DNA from: Ramazzottius varieornatus
Lineage: Eukaryota > Animalia > Tardigrada
Assembly (NCBI GenBank): GCA_001949185.1
Contig: BDGG01000005.1
Span: forward strand, 1,911,249 to 1,975,248
DNA length: 64,000 bases
Direction: 5' to 3'
Part shown: positions 1-11,900 of the stretch, piece after piece
How the letters are laid out: the number at the start of each line of letters is the position of its first letter
Position numbering within the stretch: position 1 is the first letter of the stretch
Program-made: the position numbers and the translations under genes
Notes under the pieces: generated by a model
What the model saw: only the letters and a program-made list of their open reading frames with translations
Told to the model about the DNA's origin: nothing
Database searches by the model: none

Positions 1-405
1 CATGCAGCAAAATATAATTCTCATTGGCCGATTCGTAAATAATCTCCAGCTGCAGTATTACGCCCATTTTGAACGGCTAATTTTGTCGTACATTGTAGTT
101 GTTCGAAACTTCCAGTAGACATTAAAAAAATAACGCTTAAGAAGCTGAGATAACAACCTCGACGATGCTAGAACAGTGAAACAGAACCAAAAATCATACT
201 GTACTAATCTTCAACGTTCGTTTCTGTCATATGATCTATAGTACGAGGAACCAGGATCTTGGACGAAGTAAAAGAGTCCGAAAGTCGCACACGAGAAATC
301 AGAGCTGTAAAAAACGGAACATTTCGAAAGTCACACTTTAAAGTGGTTTACGCTGCAGCTGAAAGCTTGTTGAGGCCCAGAGTTGGGTCCGCTATTGAGC
401 TGGCT

Positions 406-3400
406 TCAGTACATGGTCCTTCACAAGTCTACTCATTTTATAGCTGCTCGGTACAGCCACCACGTTCTTGCCGAGATTCGGCTGGTTGAAGAAATTCTTC
501 CAGATTGAATGAGCCTACGAAACATGTACATCTCCAGCATCCCACCCGCCACGTCATCCCACATACAAAACTCACTTGCAGGGTGCTCCGATGTCCTACA
601 ATGAAGACACTGTGTTGAGCTCTGGTCAGCGCCACGTTCAGTCTCTTGCGGTCTTTCAAGAACCCAATGCCACCGCGGCCTGCACGAACACAGGATATGA
701 TGATTACTTTGTTCTCTTGTCCTTGAAATCCATCAACCGTGCTGACTCGAACATTACCCCTGCAGATATTAATACCTTCTTCAAATTCAATGGCGTGGTA
801 CACGATCTCATAGCCTTACTCAATCAGGCAGAATTCTGGTTGCAAATTAGCGAGAACAAAGTAGACACCGCACTTACAAATGGCAGGCTCTGAGGTAATC
901 CACCAGCCGGGATCTTTGTGCCTCGTACCCGGTAATAACAGCGTAATTCTGCTGGGAACCTTCATGCGTCATACATTCGGCTAAAAACTGTCCAATAAAC
1001 TTCACTTCGTTATCGTTGAATTTGGATGTCCTACACAGTACACACAAAAGCAAAGGCAAAGGCAAAGTCACGCATGAAGGGCGCGATACACTTTTTCAGT
1101 AGCCGTACTCACCCATCCTGAGCCTCTCTCGATTCGACCAAGTTGAAGAATTTTAGCGGCAGTAGCTTCCACTTTTTCGAATTCTCGATAACTTTTCTGT
1201 CGAAGAAGAACATGCAAAGGACTCTAACGACTATCAACCACGCTTATTAGGATAACGCTACGATCTTACGGTCCAGTTTTCAAAGCTCCTCGATAAAACT
1301 CAGCCGAAGGGAATGCGCAAATGAGCGGGTGCATACGATACTGGACATCCAGCATCGGCAGCATCCTCGAAATATCATTTTCGAAGTGCATGCCGATACG
1401 CTCCAGCCACGAGCGCGCGTAGTCCACCCGGTCATTCTCCCCGTCAAGAACCGTAGCCGACAGCTGGTTCTGATCTCCGATCAAAATTAACTTCTTGACG
1501 CGCAAGATGGTCACCGGGATCAGCGTGTCCAACTGTAATGCTTGACCAGCCTGGAAACGAGCAAAATGAGGATGAGAAGTCGTGTGTTGTCAAATTGTCT
1601 ACCTCGTCAACTATGACCACGTCGAATTTGATGAGCTGGTGAATTTTCGTAACACGATACGAGGCACAGGAGTTCAACGTGGAGAGGAAAATATTTCCCC
1701 TCACATTCTCATTTAAGACAGCTGGATATCCGCACCACTTGAGAAAGTTTGGCATGCGCTCCTCGACAGAGTACTTTTTCATGTCGATGCTGATCTTCTC
1801 GCCAAAGCCCAGCCGGACTAGATCATACGTCGGGCTAACCTACGAACGAGACACAGTCTGTAAAGCTTGTACCAAATAACAGCACAATAATAAAAGAGAC
1901 TGACATCCACGAACACGGGCATGGGTTCCGCAACGGCAGTTTCATCCCCGAAGAAGAAGTCGAATAATTTCCGAAAGACGCTAGCTTCTGCCTTTTTCCG
2001 TAGGTGCCGCGCAATCCTGTCTGCTTCTCTTTTTTCCCAGGCACGGAAAGTTTCTATACGCTTCTGTTCTCTCCGTACGTCCAAGGCATCTTGCAACGCC
2101 GCAATGCGACAACCCACAGAGTCGACGGCTGCGTTGGACGGAGCAGCAATGAGGATCTTGATACCGGGCTTGGCTTTGACGAGCAGCTTCACCAGGGTCG
2201 CTATGGTCGCTGACTTTCCAGTCCCCGGAGGACCCTGAAGCCCCAAGATGATTTTTCTGTCTTCCGCAATCACGGAGTAGGCAAAATCTTTCACTATACG
2301 CTTCTGTGTTTCATTGACGTTAACCTGAAAATAAGTTTTATATACTTTAGCAAGACCATCGGCACAACCTTTCATTTTCAGCCTCCTTGCAGTCGCTAAT
2401 TTGCGGCTGCTACTTACGAGCATTTTGTCGTGTCGGTCACCAAACTGATGCTTGCTACTTCGGTAGGAACTGGCTGGAAGAGAGAGGAAAGCCTCCATCA
2501 GAGGCGCTTCACGAGTATCCATATCCCAAGACGCATAGTGATGACGATATAGGTAGGACTGTGAAGGTTGCGGCAGGAACATTGACAGAGCCCAACACTG
2601 CCGATACACCGACATGAACGGTGTCAGCTGTGCTATGCGACCTGTATCGCCCGGTGATGGAGAACGCGGACTCCCGTCGGGCAGCCATAAATCCAGACAT
2701 TTTTGACCTGAAGAATAATGTGCAACCGTGGAGTTCGATATTCACTGAGCGACGCCGTGGAGCAGAGATTTATTCGCTTGCGCACTGCGCACCTCTGTTG
2801 CCTTCGGTTCGTTGACGGACTTCCTTGTGTACAAATCCCAGCTGGATCTTTGCGTTTCGCACTGGACCAGTCGTGACAAGAACAAGCACGACGTTCCACT
2901 GTGCATCGTCGTGTTGAGCCGCACGGCCTGAAAAACTGTTTTTAGAAGGAGGTATTAGGAAGGTTGATACGGAACTCGAGCAGCGCAAAAAATCCGAGTA
3001 GCGCAAGACTTTGGCCCCTCTCATTCCTTACTCTAATCGGCTGAGGTTGAGACCCGCTACGCGATCCAGCCGATTAGCGTAACGTCTCCGGAAGGTTTTG
3101 CAAAACCTCCATCAGTTTTCGTAATTAATGACTTTTTGGTAAGATGCGATGTCAAATCACGAAGTTTCCAGTTCTGATACAGCAACGGAAAAAGTGATTT
3201 CGAGTTCCGACTGCTTAAAGCTCAAGTGCATCTTGATACGAAAAGCAGCAGTTAAAGGCAAAGTAAAATCCAGAAAGTGACAAAAGCCACAGTTAGAGAC
3301 ACAGTTCTTATTGTGGCAAAAGTCACAGTTGAAGTTGCAGTCTCATCGAATTTTCGAAAGCCAGTTACACCCACAGTCGAACTGAGATTTTCGTTGTTTT

Positions 3401-4367
3401 CTAGGCTGGCAAAGTCGCAGTCAAGCGTGCAGTCGGTGCAACAGTTTGACGAATAACTAATAACCGACGTTAAACCCTGAAAGATGCAGTTAGAGGGGCA
3501 GTTGGCACCGCGGTGGAACGTCTTGAAAGCAAATCTGAGGTTTTGAAAAAGTTGTGGGAAGAACTACCCACAGAAAAGCTTAGTTGGAACGTTACTCGGA
3601 TTTCTTACGCACTCGAGTAACGGCCCATATGCCTTACTCGGGAATAAAGCACCGAGCACATTAGTGGGTTCAGTCGGTTCGGCTCCGCCCACGTGCTCCC
3701 TTCCAATTGGCTCATCCTACGCTAATCCGATTTTTTGCTCTGCTCGAGCGCCGTATCAACCCTCTGGATTTAGTGCTGGCTAAAATATGCTAAAATTGGA
3801 TACGATACCGGTATACCGTATCGTTGCCAGCACTATCTGGATTGCTACAACTATTGTTACTCCAACAATTAACGATACGAGCTCGTAGCTTCTTAGACAG
3901 TATCGGCTACAAGGTTGGCAAAGACCAATCTCTCACCGGTCAAGTTTAGCCGAATTCTCCGCATTCCCCGACCAGAACAAGCAACGAACTCTTGATTAGT
4001 GAATGAGGCAACCTGAAATTCATACCAGATCGCCCTCTCGGGGATATGACGCAAAGCGGCATTTCGTACCTGTAAGACACCAGTATGAACAGCGGTTGCT
4101 CACTAGACTGCGTGAAGTAATGAGTACGAGTATCAATAGACACACCGAACGAAACGCTTCTCGGACCAGACAAGGCTCGGTATGCTCAACGAACTCGTCC
4201 TTGCTGGAAAACGTCACTGGAGGCTTCGAAGATTTAGACGGCAGTGTCTGCATGAACTGTTCGAACGGTTCCGATGCCTTGCTCCTGTAATCGCTGAAGG
4301 ATTTCTGAAGAACTAGAGTCACAATCGTCGAAGCGAAGTACTGCAAAGAAGTTTCGGAGATATCCAT
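406..4367 (-). CDS. Senataxin/Sen1/Upf1-like superfamily-1 RNA/DNA helicase (multi-exon; 5' end uncertain, may extend to ~4889)
   Basis: Motifs across exons: QGPPGTGKS (Walker A), APSNAAVD, FDVVIVDEAGQ, LILIGDQNQL, LDVQYRMHP, TVDGFQGQE, IGFLKDRKRLNVALTRA. The upstream segment PPVTFSSKDEFVEHTEPCLVREAF...EGDLV resembles the Sen1 pre-helicase region. Last exon ends at TGA 406-408. Confidence 0.8.
2962..3761. mobile_element. ~800-bp non-autonomous TIR element in a helicase intron
   Basis: ~42-bp imperfect terminal inverted repeats GGTTGATACGGAACTCGAGCAGCGCAAAAAATCCGAGTAGCG / CGCTAATCCGATTTTTTGCTCTGCTCGAGCGCCGTATCAACC. No internal coding ORF; no TSD recognised. Confidence 0.7.
3771..3835. mobile_element. 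65-bp hAT-like mini-element
   Basis: 10-bp TIR TAGTGCTGGC/GCCAGCACTA flanked by a perfect 8-bp direct repeat TCTGGATT (3763-3770 and 3836-3843). Confidence 0.75.
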
Positions 4368-5119
4368 CTTCAGCTGAAAGACAACTGAGACAGATCAACG
4401 TTAACGCCGTTATTCCTGTAATCCAGATCCCAAATTCTTTGTGGCCCATTCGACACTGCGCTTCATCGTGGCTGTTTCAGGCATGTTGTACGCACGTACC
4501 TCTGATAGCCTGGCAGTTTTCCAAATCCCACTTGCCAGTTTCCACAACGAGGAATTAGAAAGGCGCGGTTCGTTCGTGGAACAAGTCTTTGGTGTCCGGG
4601 GTGCCTCTCTCGCAAAAGCTGGAAGATAGTCAATCACGATTCACGATTCTGGGACTGTAAAGATGGGACCGGGCCTGTTCAAGCCACACTTCCGACAAAA
4701 CTTATGGCGCTTTCCTGAATTAATTGTGCCTGACCAGCACTTGTAATACGCATTGACAGCAATCGATATTCTGTTTGGGTGAGGTCTATTTTGCTGATAC
4801 TGCGTTTGCAAAGCATGAAGCACTACATGTCCCCCATCTTCAATACAGTCCACTCGCTCGATATGTGTCACCGAATTTGGCAGTTTCAAAACTGAAAGAT
4901 CAGGAACATTAACGAGACTGCTCGCCTTGCTGCAGCTCGGTCAGACGCATGCTGTTTGATTACTTGATTCCATCGGTCGAAGCATGCTGTTATGTATATG
5001 TTATGTAATTTTGAATGGTGGCTTGGCATGCGGTCTGATGAATGTATGGCGGGCCCAGAATTGAAGCCGTCAAATTAGGTAACACATCTCGAGCGAGTGG
5101 ACTGTATCGCTGTATCGTA

Positions 5120-8100
5120 AATTCGCAGGGCGGCACTTTAACGGGTACTGTCACCGCCGAGGGAGACTAAAAAGGAAGAAAACGGGAACTGGGATGATGG
5201 CAGCGCGTATCCCAAGTTCCCAAGCCGAATTACTCCTTGTGACAAGCTTATCTCCACTAATGTTGTACTTTGCCCTTCACTGGGCAAAGTTCTGCAGAGG
5301 GGTTCAAACACAAACTGACGAACAAAACCAGATCCGCAACGACAGCTCGTGCCCAAAAATCCCATGTTAGACCACCTGAAGTAGTTTGACATGGGGCATC
5401 AAGTCGCATGCAAGGTTGTATTACTAAGCTCTGCGAGCATTACGTAATAGCCTCACGCTGTATCGGCGGCAACAAAACCAAATAGAAAAGTCAATTTTTC
5501 CCTACCTGGTTACGTCATCATACTTGTACTCCACTTTAAAATTGACTTAATCGACGGATCATACTTTTGCCATACTCGCTGTCTTTCCCAGCAAATATAT
5601 TGCATTGGTCGCGACTAACTGTGCGCAGTTACTACTCAAACCATTTTCGTTGAGCACAGGTTTTACATGGATGTTTTCTTACAGAGCAGGTAAGTATGGG
5701 GGATTCCTCGGGGGATGTTCAGCTGAAGCTGGTGTCGTCGCAGAAGCTGAACAAGAAGGAGCCAGATGTAGCCGTTGCGGGAAGGGGTGCAACAACGAGC
5801 ATGGTGTCAAGATCCATCAAGCCAAAGACAAGAACTGCGATCAACCCGGACCAAAGACACCCAGTGAAAGAACAGCGATGTGGGAAGTGCAGTGGATACT
5901 CCAAGAAGGGCGGCATTAGTATCCACGAAAGAACATGTAATCCAGCGGAAGTGATGAGAAGGAAGACCAACGCCATGAGGCAGACCGAAACAACAGCGCC
6001 TACACCTCCACCTCCAGTCATGCCAGGGTTACCTCCTAGTCAGCCAACAGCGGAGTCCATAACAGCAGCGTTGAGAGAGAAGTGGACTGTGAAATTCCAG
6101 GACTTCTGTAAGGAACTGTCGGTGGAAGAATTTACCCAGTTTAAAGATATGCTGCAAGCATTCATACAAGATATCAACGAGAAGACACCAAAGCCGCCTA
6201 GGCGATCAATCAAGCATCCAAACGTGTCCTGCCACCAACAGAGGAAGACAGCAGGCTTCCAGTCACGGAAAGCCACGCACGGATCAAGTAACCCCCAACG
6301 GAAAGATGATAGATCGGCGGAAGCAAGCAGAAAGAACCACCAATGGAAAAGAGCACAGTACATGTTCGAGAACAAGCGAAAGAAATTGGTTGGTAAGATC
6401 GTGGAAACAAAAGATAACAGAAGATGCCCAAAGAAGAAGTGGAGGAACATTCCACCAGCCTCCTAAGTCAGCCCAACGAGAAGATCAGACCAGAGTACGA
6501 AGTACCAGGTAGTGACCTGACTGAAGGGCTGAACAAAGACTACGGTCACCTGAAAGCGGTGACAACAGCACTGAACAGCCTGCGAATAGACGGCAGCAGG
6601 CCCGGATAAAGTCAGTGTGAAGATGCTGGGAGATGTGGACAAACATGGAGAGATAATGGCGAGTTTGACGTCAGCAGGTTGTATCAACGAGGAGTCCTCT
6701 GTCGTGTTGCAGAGCGCAAGAACAGTATTGCTTCCCAAGAAAAAAGATCCAACGAAGATGACGAACTGGCGAGGAATCAGCATCTGCTCGGCCATCCGCA
6801 GATGCATCAGTAAAGCCCTGTGCCACAGGCTGAACACGTACGTGGATCTTTCCGAACACCAGAATGGCTTCAGACGGTTACCTGGGTTGCTGGAGAATGT
6901 GGCGAGACTGCAAGGAATCCTGACAGCAAGTGTAGATGAAGAAAGAGGATCAGTTGTGGCATTCCTGGACATTAACTTAGCAAAGCCTTCGACAACGTGG
7001 GGCACGAACATTTGGAAAAGACCATCAGTTCCCTCGCCATTCGAGAGAATCTTTGCAGGGTGATCGGGGAGATGTACAGCGGGCTGACAGCAAGGGTGGA
7101 AGTCGGAGGGGAGGTGACTGAGGCGGTCCCGGTTAGGAGGGGCGTTCTCCAGGGGGATCCCCTATCACCCCTGCTCTTTAACTTGTCGATTAATTTTCTT
7201 CTGGACCAGCTTAATGGTTTTGAGCTGAAGAATGCCTTAGGAGTTAACGTCAACAACGTCTTAGCTGTGTCCGCTTTTGCTTTTGCAGATGACCTGGTGA
7301 TCGTGGGGAAGAACAGAGCGGCGCTGGCGTTACTGGTGAGGATAGCGATTGACGGGTTGGACAGCATTGGGTTGGTGGTGAACGCGAAGCAGTCGACAGT
7401 TATGGATGTCATCTACGAGAGCGGTGAGCGGGTTGTGGATGGCCGCGAGTTGGACATCGGTGGGAGTGTGACAATGCCTGCCCTAACGAAGGAAGAGACG
7501 GTGGTCTATCTGGGAGTAAAGTACAGATTCAGCCTGGGGTTTGACTTGAAGCAAGAACTGGAGGAGTTTGGAGCAAAGCTGCAGAAGTTGTTCGCCTTCA
7601 ACTGCCTTCGTCTTCCTTCCAACGCGCCTACAGGCTTCCTCTTCGCATCAAGAGCCAGTGGGGGACTTGCCATGCCAAAGCCCACGGAAGAGTATGTCAT
7701 TCAACAGATCAACTCCGCCGTCCTGCTGAATAACTCCACGGACGAGTACGTAAAAGAGTTCCGGAAGCCAAGTCAAGAAATCGACCGAATAGTGGCCAAT
7801 CTGGATATCAAGGTGGAGGTGACGGAGAGAGATATGGTCGAGCCTTGAGTGTTGGGTTTGAAGTTGCGTGCCGAATATCGGGAAGAAGCGTTCAAAGATT
7901 GGAGTAAGCAGACCATTCACGGGAGTGGGGCAGAAACCTTTTCACAGACTGCTGAATCCAATCAATGGATCCTAACCCGTCCAGCAGCACCTCCAGTCCA
8001 CGCCCACCTCGACATGATCCGATCAAGAATCAACTGGTTGCCTGTCGAGGCCGTGCCCGGATGTACCACTGATACTGACCACAGATGCCGCCAATGTCGA

Positions 8101-8666
8101 AAACACCGAGAAGATGCGCCACTAGAACGCTCTCGCACATCTGGGGCCAGTGTGAAGAGGTGAAGGACATGAGTAGCTTCCGACACGACGAGGTGGTGAA
8201 AGTCATCGCGAGAGAGTTACGGAAGGAAGACAAGTGGGAAGTGACAATTGAAGAAAGAACGGCAGAAGGTCTGAAGCCAGACCTGATCGTGAGAATGAAA
8301 GACAAGACGAAGGCATGGATAATCGACCCTACGATCCGGATGGGAACCACGGCTGATGATACTCGAATCCACAACGAAGAGAAGGAAAGGAAGTATAGCA
8401 GAACAGGCGACGAATTACGGGCGGAAGGCTTTCAAGCGGTGTTTGTTCATGATCTGTGGTTTGGCGCACGTGGTGTGATTTCCAAGGTTGGCTTATCGTT
8501 GTTACGTTCTCTTGGTATCAATCAATCGACTGTAGAAGAGATTGTGTGTTTGCTCTTGAAATTGTCTCATTCCATGTACTGTACAGAACGTTCATGAAGT
8601 CTTAAATTTTCTTGCTACCGAGTCGAAAGGCTACCACCTACACGGTGGCGGTTCTTTTTCAATAAA
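5120..8666 (+). mobile_element. Decayed non-LTR retrotransposon with restriction-like endonuclease (R2/NeSL/Utopia-type); 5' boundary uncertain
   Basis: N-terminal zinc fingers (CSRC..HQAKDKNC, CGKC..HERTC); RT motifs TVLLPK, NWRGISI, QNGF, FLDI, QGDPLSPLLFN, FADDL, YLGV; CCHC knuckle (CRQC..H..C); RLE motifs RHD, PDL, IID, KERKY; short 3' UTR ending in AATAAA at 8661-8666. Confidence 0.9.
5671..8597 (+). pseudogene. Disrupted ZnF-RT-RLE polyprotein ORF of the retrotransposon
   Basis: Domains are split over ORFs 5605-5919, 5696-6466, 6424-6609, 6617-7063, 6997-7848, 7849-8163 and 8085-8597, implying several frameshifts plus an in-frame TGA at 7846-7848. Confidence 0.85.
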
Positions 8667-8934
8667 GGTTTCCTCTTCAGCGCGAAAACAATGTGCAAAT
8701 GTGGCAAGCTTTGACGTGTAAGATTGTTCTGGGATATTTTAGGATTTCGACTTACTATCGAGCTTCCAACTATGATCCAGCATCCGTGAGCACAAGTTAC
8801 GACTTACGACTTACGAGATCTTCTTCCGGCAGGCCGAAGTGAGTCGACTCCTCGGAACAGGATCAAACAAGGAAGGACTGCTGCCCGTCACCTGACACTG
8901 GTTGCGTTCATGCGCTGTGAAAGGTGGTGTCAGC

Positions 8935-11900
8935 ATGGATGCTAAAGTAGAAGCACACGTGCTCAAGTGTACCCAATGGACGAAGCTGCCACCGGAAATA
9001 CGCTCTCACTTCGGGAACAACGAGAAGGAATACTACAAAGGTGTCTTGGGAATCAGTGTGCAGCATCAGCTCCGATGGGAAGGGAACCTCGGTAAGCCAC
9101 CCGTCTGCACACCAAACAAGTGGTTGCTCTTCTCGCTGTGGTGGGTATCTTCTTGCGTGGCTATAATTTTGCATCGCGTTTCTGCTTCTAGTCAAGCAGT
9201 TTACCAAAGATAAAGAAGGGTACTACGTCAAGATTATACAGTACAGTCGGGAACATCTGATGCTGTTCCCCTACCATTTGTCCAAGTATATCATTCGCGA
9301 GATGCGCATTACTCCATTCCAATACTATATCCAAATGGTTCAAGTAAAAACTTATTCCGTGCTCCACACTGGATTTGCTTTTAGCAGTCTGCTTCTTGCA
9401 GCATCTGTTCGAGACGGAGCAGTCCTACGATCAACTTCCGAACTTCACAGCGGCGGACTGTCTTCGCGTCTTGGGTATCGATCGCAATCAGTACATCGAG
9501 AAGATGAACCAGTCCCGATCAAAGTCAAAGAGTTTATTCCGTCGCCGTTCGGCCGTCGAAGTTATGCCAACAACCCCGGTGGATGACTCTACGATCGAGC
9601 CATGGTGGATTGTGCAGCCTGGATGCATCCTGCAGGACGACATAAAGACCATGCCAGCTGAAGAGAAGACTATGATCGATTTGCTCTTGCAAAGCGGACC
9701 TCAAAAAGCTGGGAACCTCAATATCGAGACGCTGAAGAAGATTTACGTCAAAGGTACGTCCATCCCTCGAGTAAAAGATGAATACGCTTTACGGATCAGA
9801 CAAGCTCACCCTATGTGTTTTCCGTGTAGGACTGGCTTATGTCGACGTCCCGATCGATGACAACGATTACATTTCCGTCCCGCCTTTGGAACGATTCGTC
9901 ATGAACCGTGTTTCAGGAGATTACCTAGAGACCTTGCTGTATAAAGTCTTCATTTCCATCGACGAATACACTCCGGTCATTGAGGTGAGAATAGAAATGT
10001 TGCAAGCCTCGCTTGGCGTCTGTTGGAAGGTCGGGAACACGTGGACTAGTTTGGCATATACCAGCGTACACAGCTGTCGTAGTGGGTAGTACGGCTCTGT
10101 GTATGTAGGTGGTTGAGAATTGGTTCGTTTACTCGCTTATCAGCTACGGGGTTTGAACCATGGAGCAGAAGGGTACTGTTTTACTCTTAACTCCGTCCTC
10201 GACTTACTAACCTCTGGGTATTTCAGCTGGCTAACATCCTGGAAATCGAGCTGGAGGATGTCAAGAATGCCATCAGCATATTTTGCAGATTAGGTTTTGC
10301 CAAAGTGAAGGGCTCGGAAATGGATCTTCTGGAGATGCATCCATCCTGGAACTTCTTCGCCCCACCTGGTACACCAAGCTCAAAGTCCGACGATGATGCA
10401 ATGTCGCTTGCTGAGACCATCAACACGACTGACATGGAGGCCAGCCTGAAAGATTCCTTCGAAGACTTCATTGATACTCCGAAGTCACAAATCACTTCCA
10501 AGCTCGACGACGATGTCCTGCTGGAAGTAGTGACACCTGGAACGGGACCAGCTAACAAGCGCATCGGCTTCCTCTTCGATTCTACACTAACTGCTTTCCT
10601 CATGATGGGAAACTTAACACCGGTAACCTCTCGAATAGATTCCAACTAGAGTGCATTTTCGGTCTGGAAGGGCGACAATAGGTTGTAGTCATCTTTCACC
10701 CATCTGCATACTTGCATGTGCTTGAATTTACTAGGTTCAGTGTATGCAGGCGTATGTTGACTGGCGGTTTTTTATTTGTCCGTGTTTGATGGGCCATATT
10801 GGAGCGAGCTTGGTCTTTTCAGGGCTTGAAAACGCATGCCGTGACGATGTTCGAGGTGGGAAAGCTGACAGACGAAAGCTTGGTTCAGTTCTTGGGTGAA
10901 CTGGACAAGGTCGTACCGGAAGACGAGATTCAGGGTGAAGCGAGACGGTACTTCGACCATGCCATCAACCTACGCAAGCTCATCCACTTCTTCCGACACA
11001 ATCCAGCGTTGAAGCTGACCGCGAACCCTCTGCTGCCAGATAATTCGGGTTTAGGTGTCGACCTGCTGCGGTGCGAAAGTCTTCGGGGTTTGGACAGAGC
11101 CACCTTGAACCGCGTCCTTCTGAAGAATTACGCGTAAGTTACCTGCAGATTCTTCTTCGTTGTTTCTTATCGGTGACCGCTTGGTATATTACTTTGCTGG
11201 TTGTTTTTAGATTGCTGGTTTCAATGGCGCCGATGAGCAACGAATCGAGACCGGTCTGTCCGCTGAATCCGCCGCACATCGGCTGTCCCGTCCCGGAAGC
11301 CCATTCCACTTGGTTCAAATTGTACATCTACTCGTTGACCAAGTCACATCCTCCGTCGATCCTGTACCGTCGTGGAGACGTTGTCAATACTCTCCCACGC
11401 CTGTTCATGGTAACGCCAAGTTCGTTTATTACAGTACTTCTTACTTTTGCTGAAGGAAGAAAATAACCTCGGATTTGATTGGCGAGCGTCCAAATCGCAG
11501 GCATGACTCTTTAGCTTGCTTTCTCTTTAGAAACACGACTACCTTCTCCTAACTCCATGGGGCCACGACTCTACAGTCATTCCATCCGGTATCGCTCTCA
11601 GTCTTCTCCATGACGCCCTCAAGCACCATCCAGTTCTCCTCCAAGCTCTCGGTGACGCTCACGAAGCTGACGTCGTGCACGTTCCCTTCCCTGCTTCCCA
11701 GTCGACGGAGAACCTTCCGTATTCCAGCTTTGAATCACACAAGACTGTCAAAGTCTTGTTTGATGAACTGCAGCTGAACCACACCTGCGGCTACATAACT
11801 TTACTCAATATGGGTTCGAAGCTCAACGTGGGTCGTCGCAACAGTACGATGGACGTCGACAGTATCAGCAGCGCCGAAAGCTCTACCAGTCTGCACGCAT

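Noticed and set aside
5030-5330. Hammerhead (CTGATGA ~5035, CTGACGA ~5314), twister (TCCCAAGC, GCAGAGGGG) or HDV ribozyme
   Set aside because: Core fragments are present, but I could not build the required stems (stem II plus GAAA; twister P4; HDV P1/P3) by eye.
8660-8720. 28S rDNA or U2 snRNA target site flanking the retrotransposon
   Set aside because: No match to the R2 28S target (TTAAGGTAGCCAAA) or to U2 5' sequence as I recall them.
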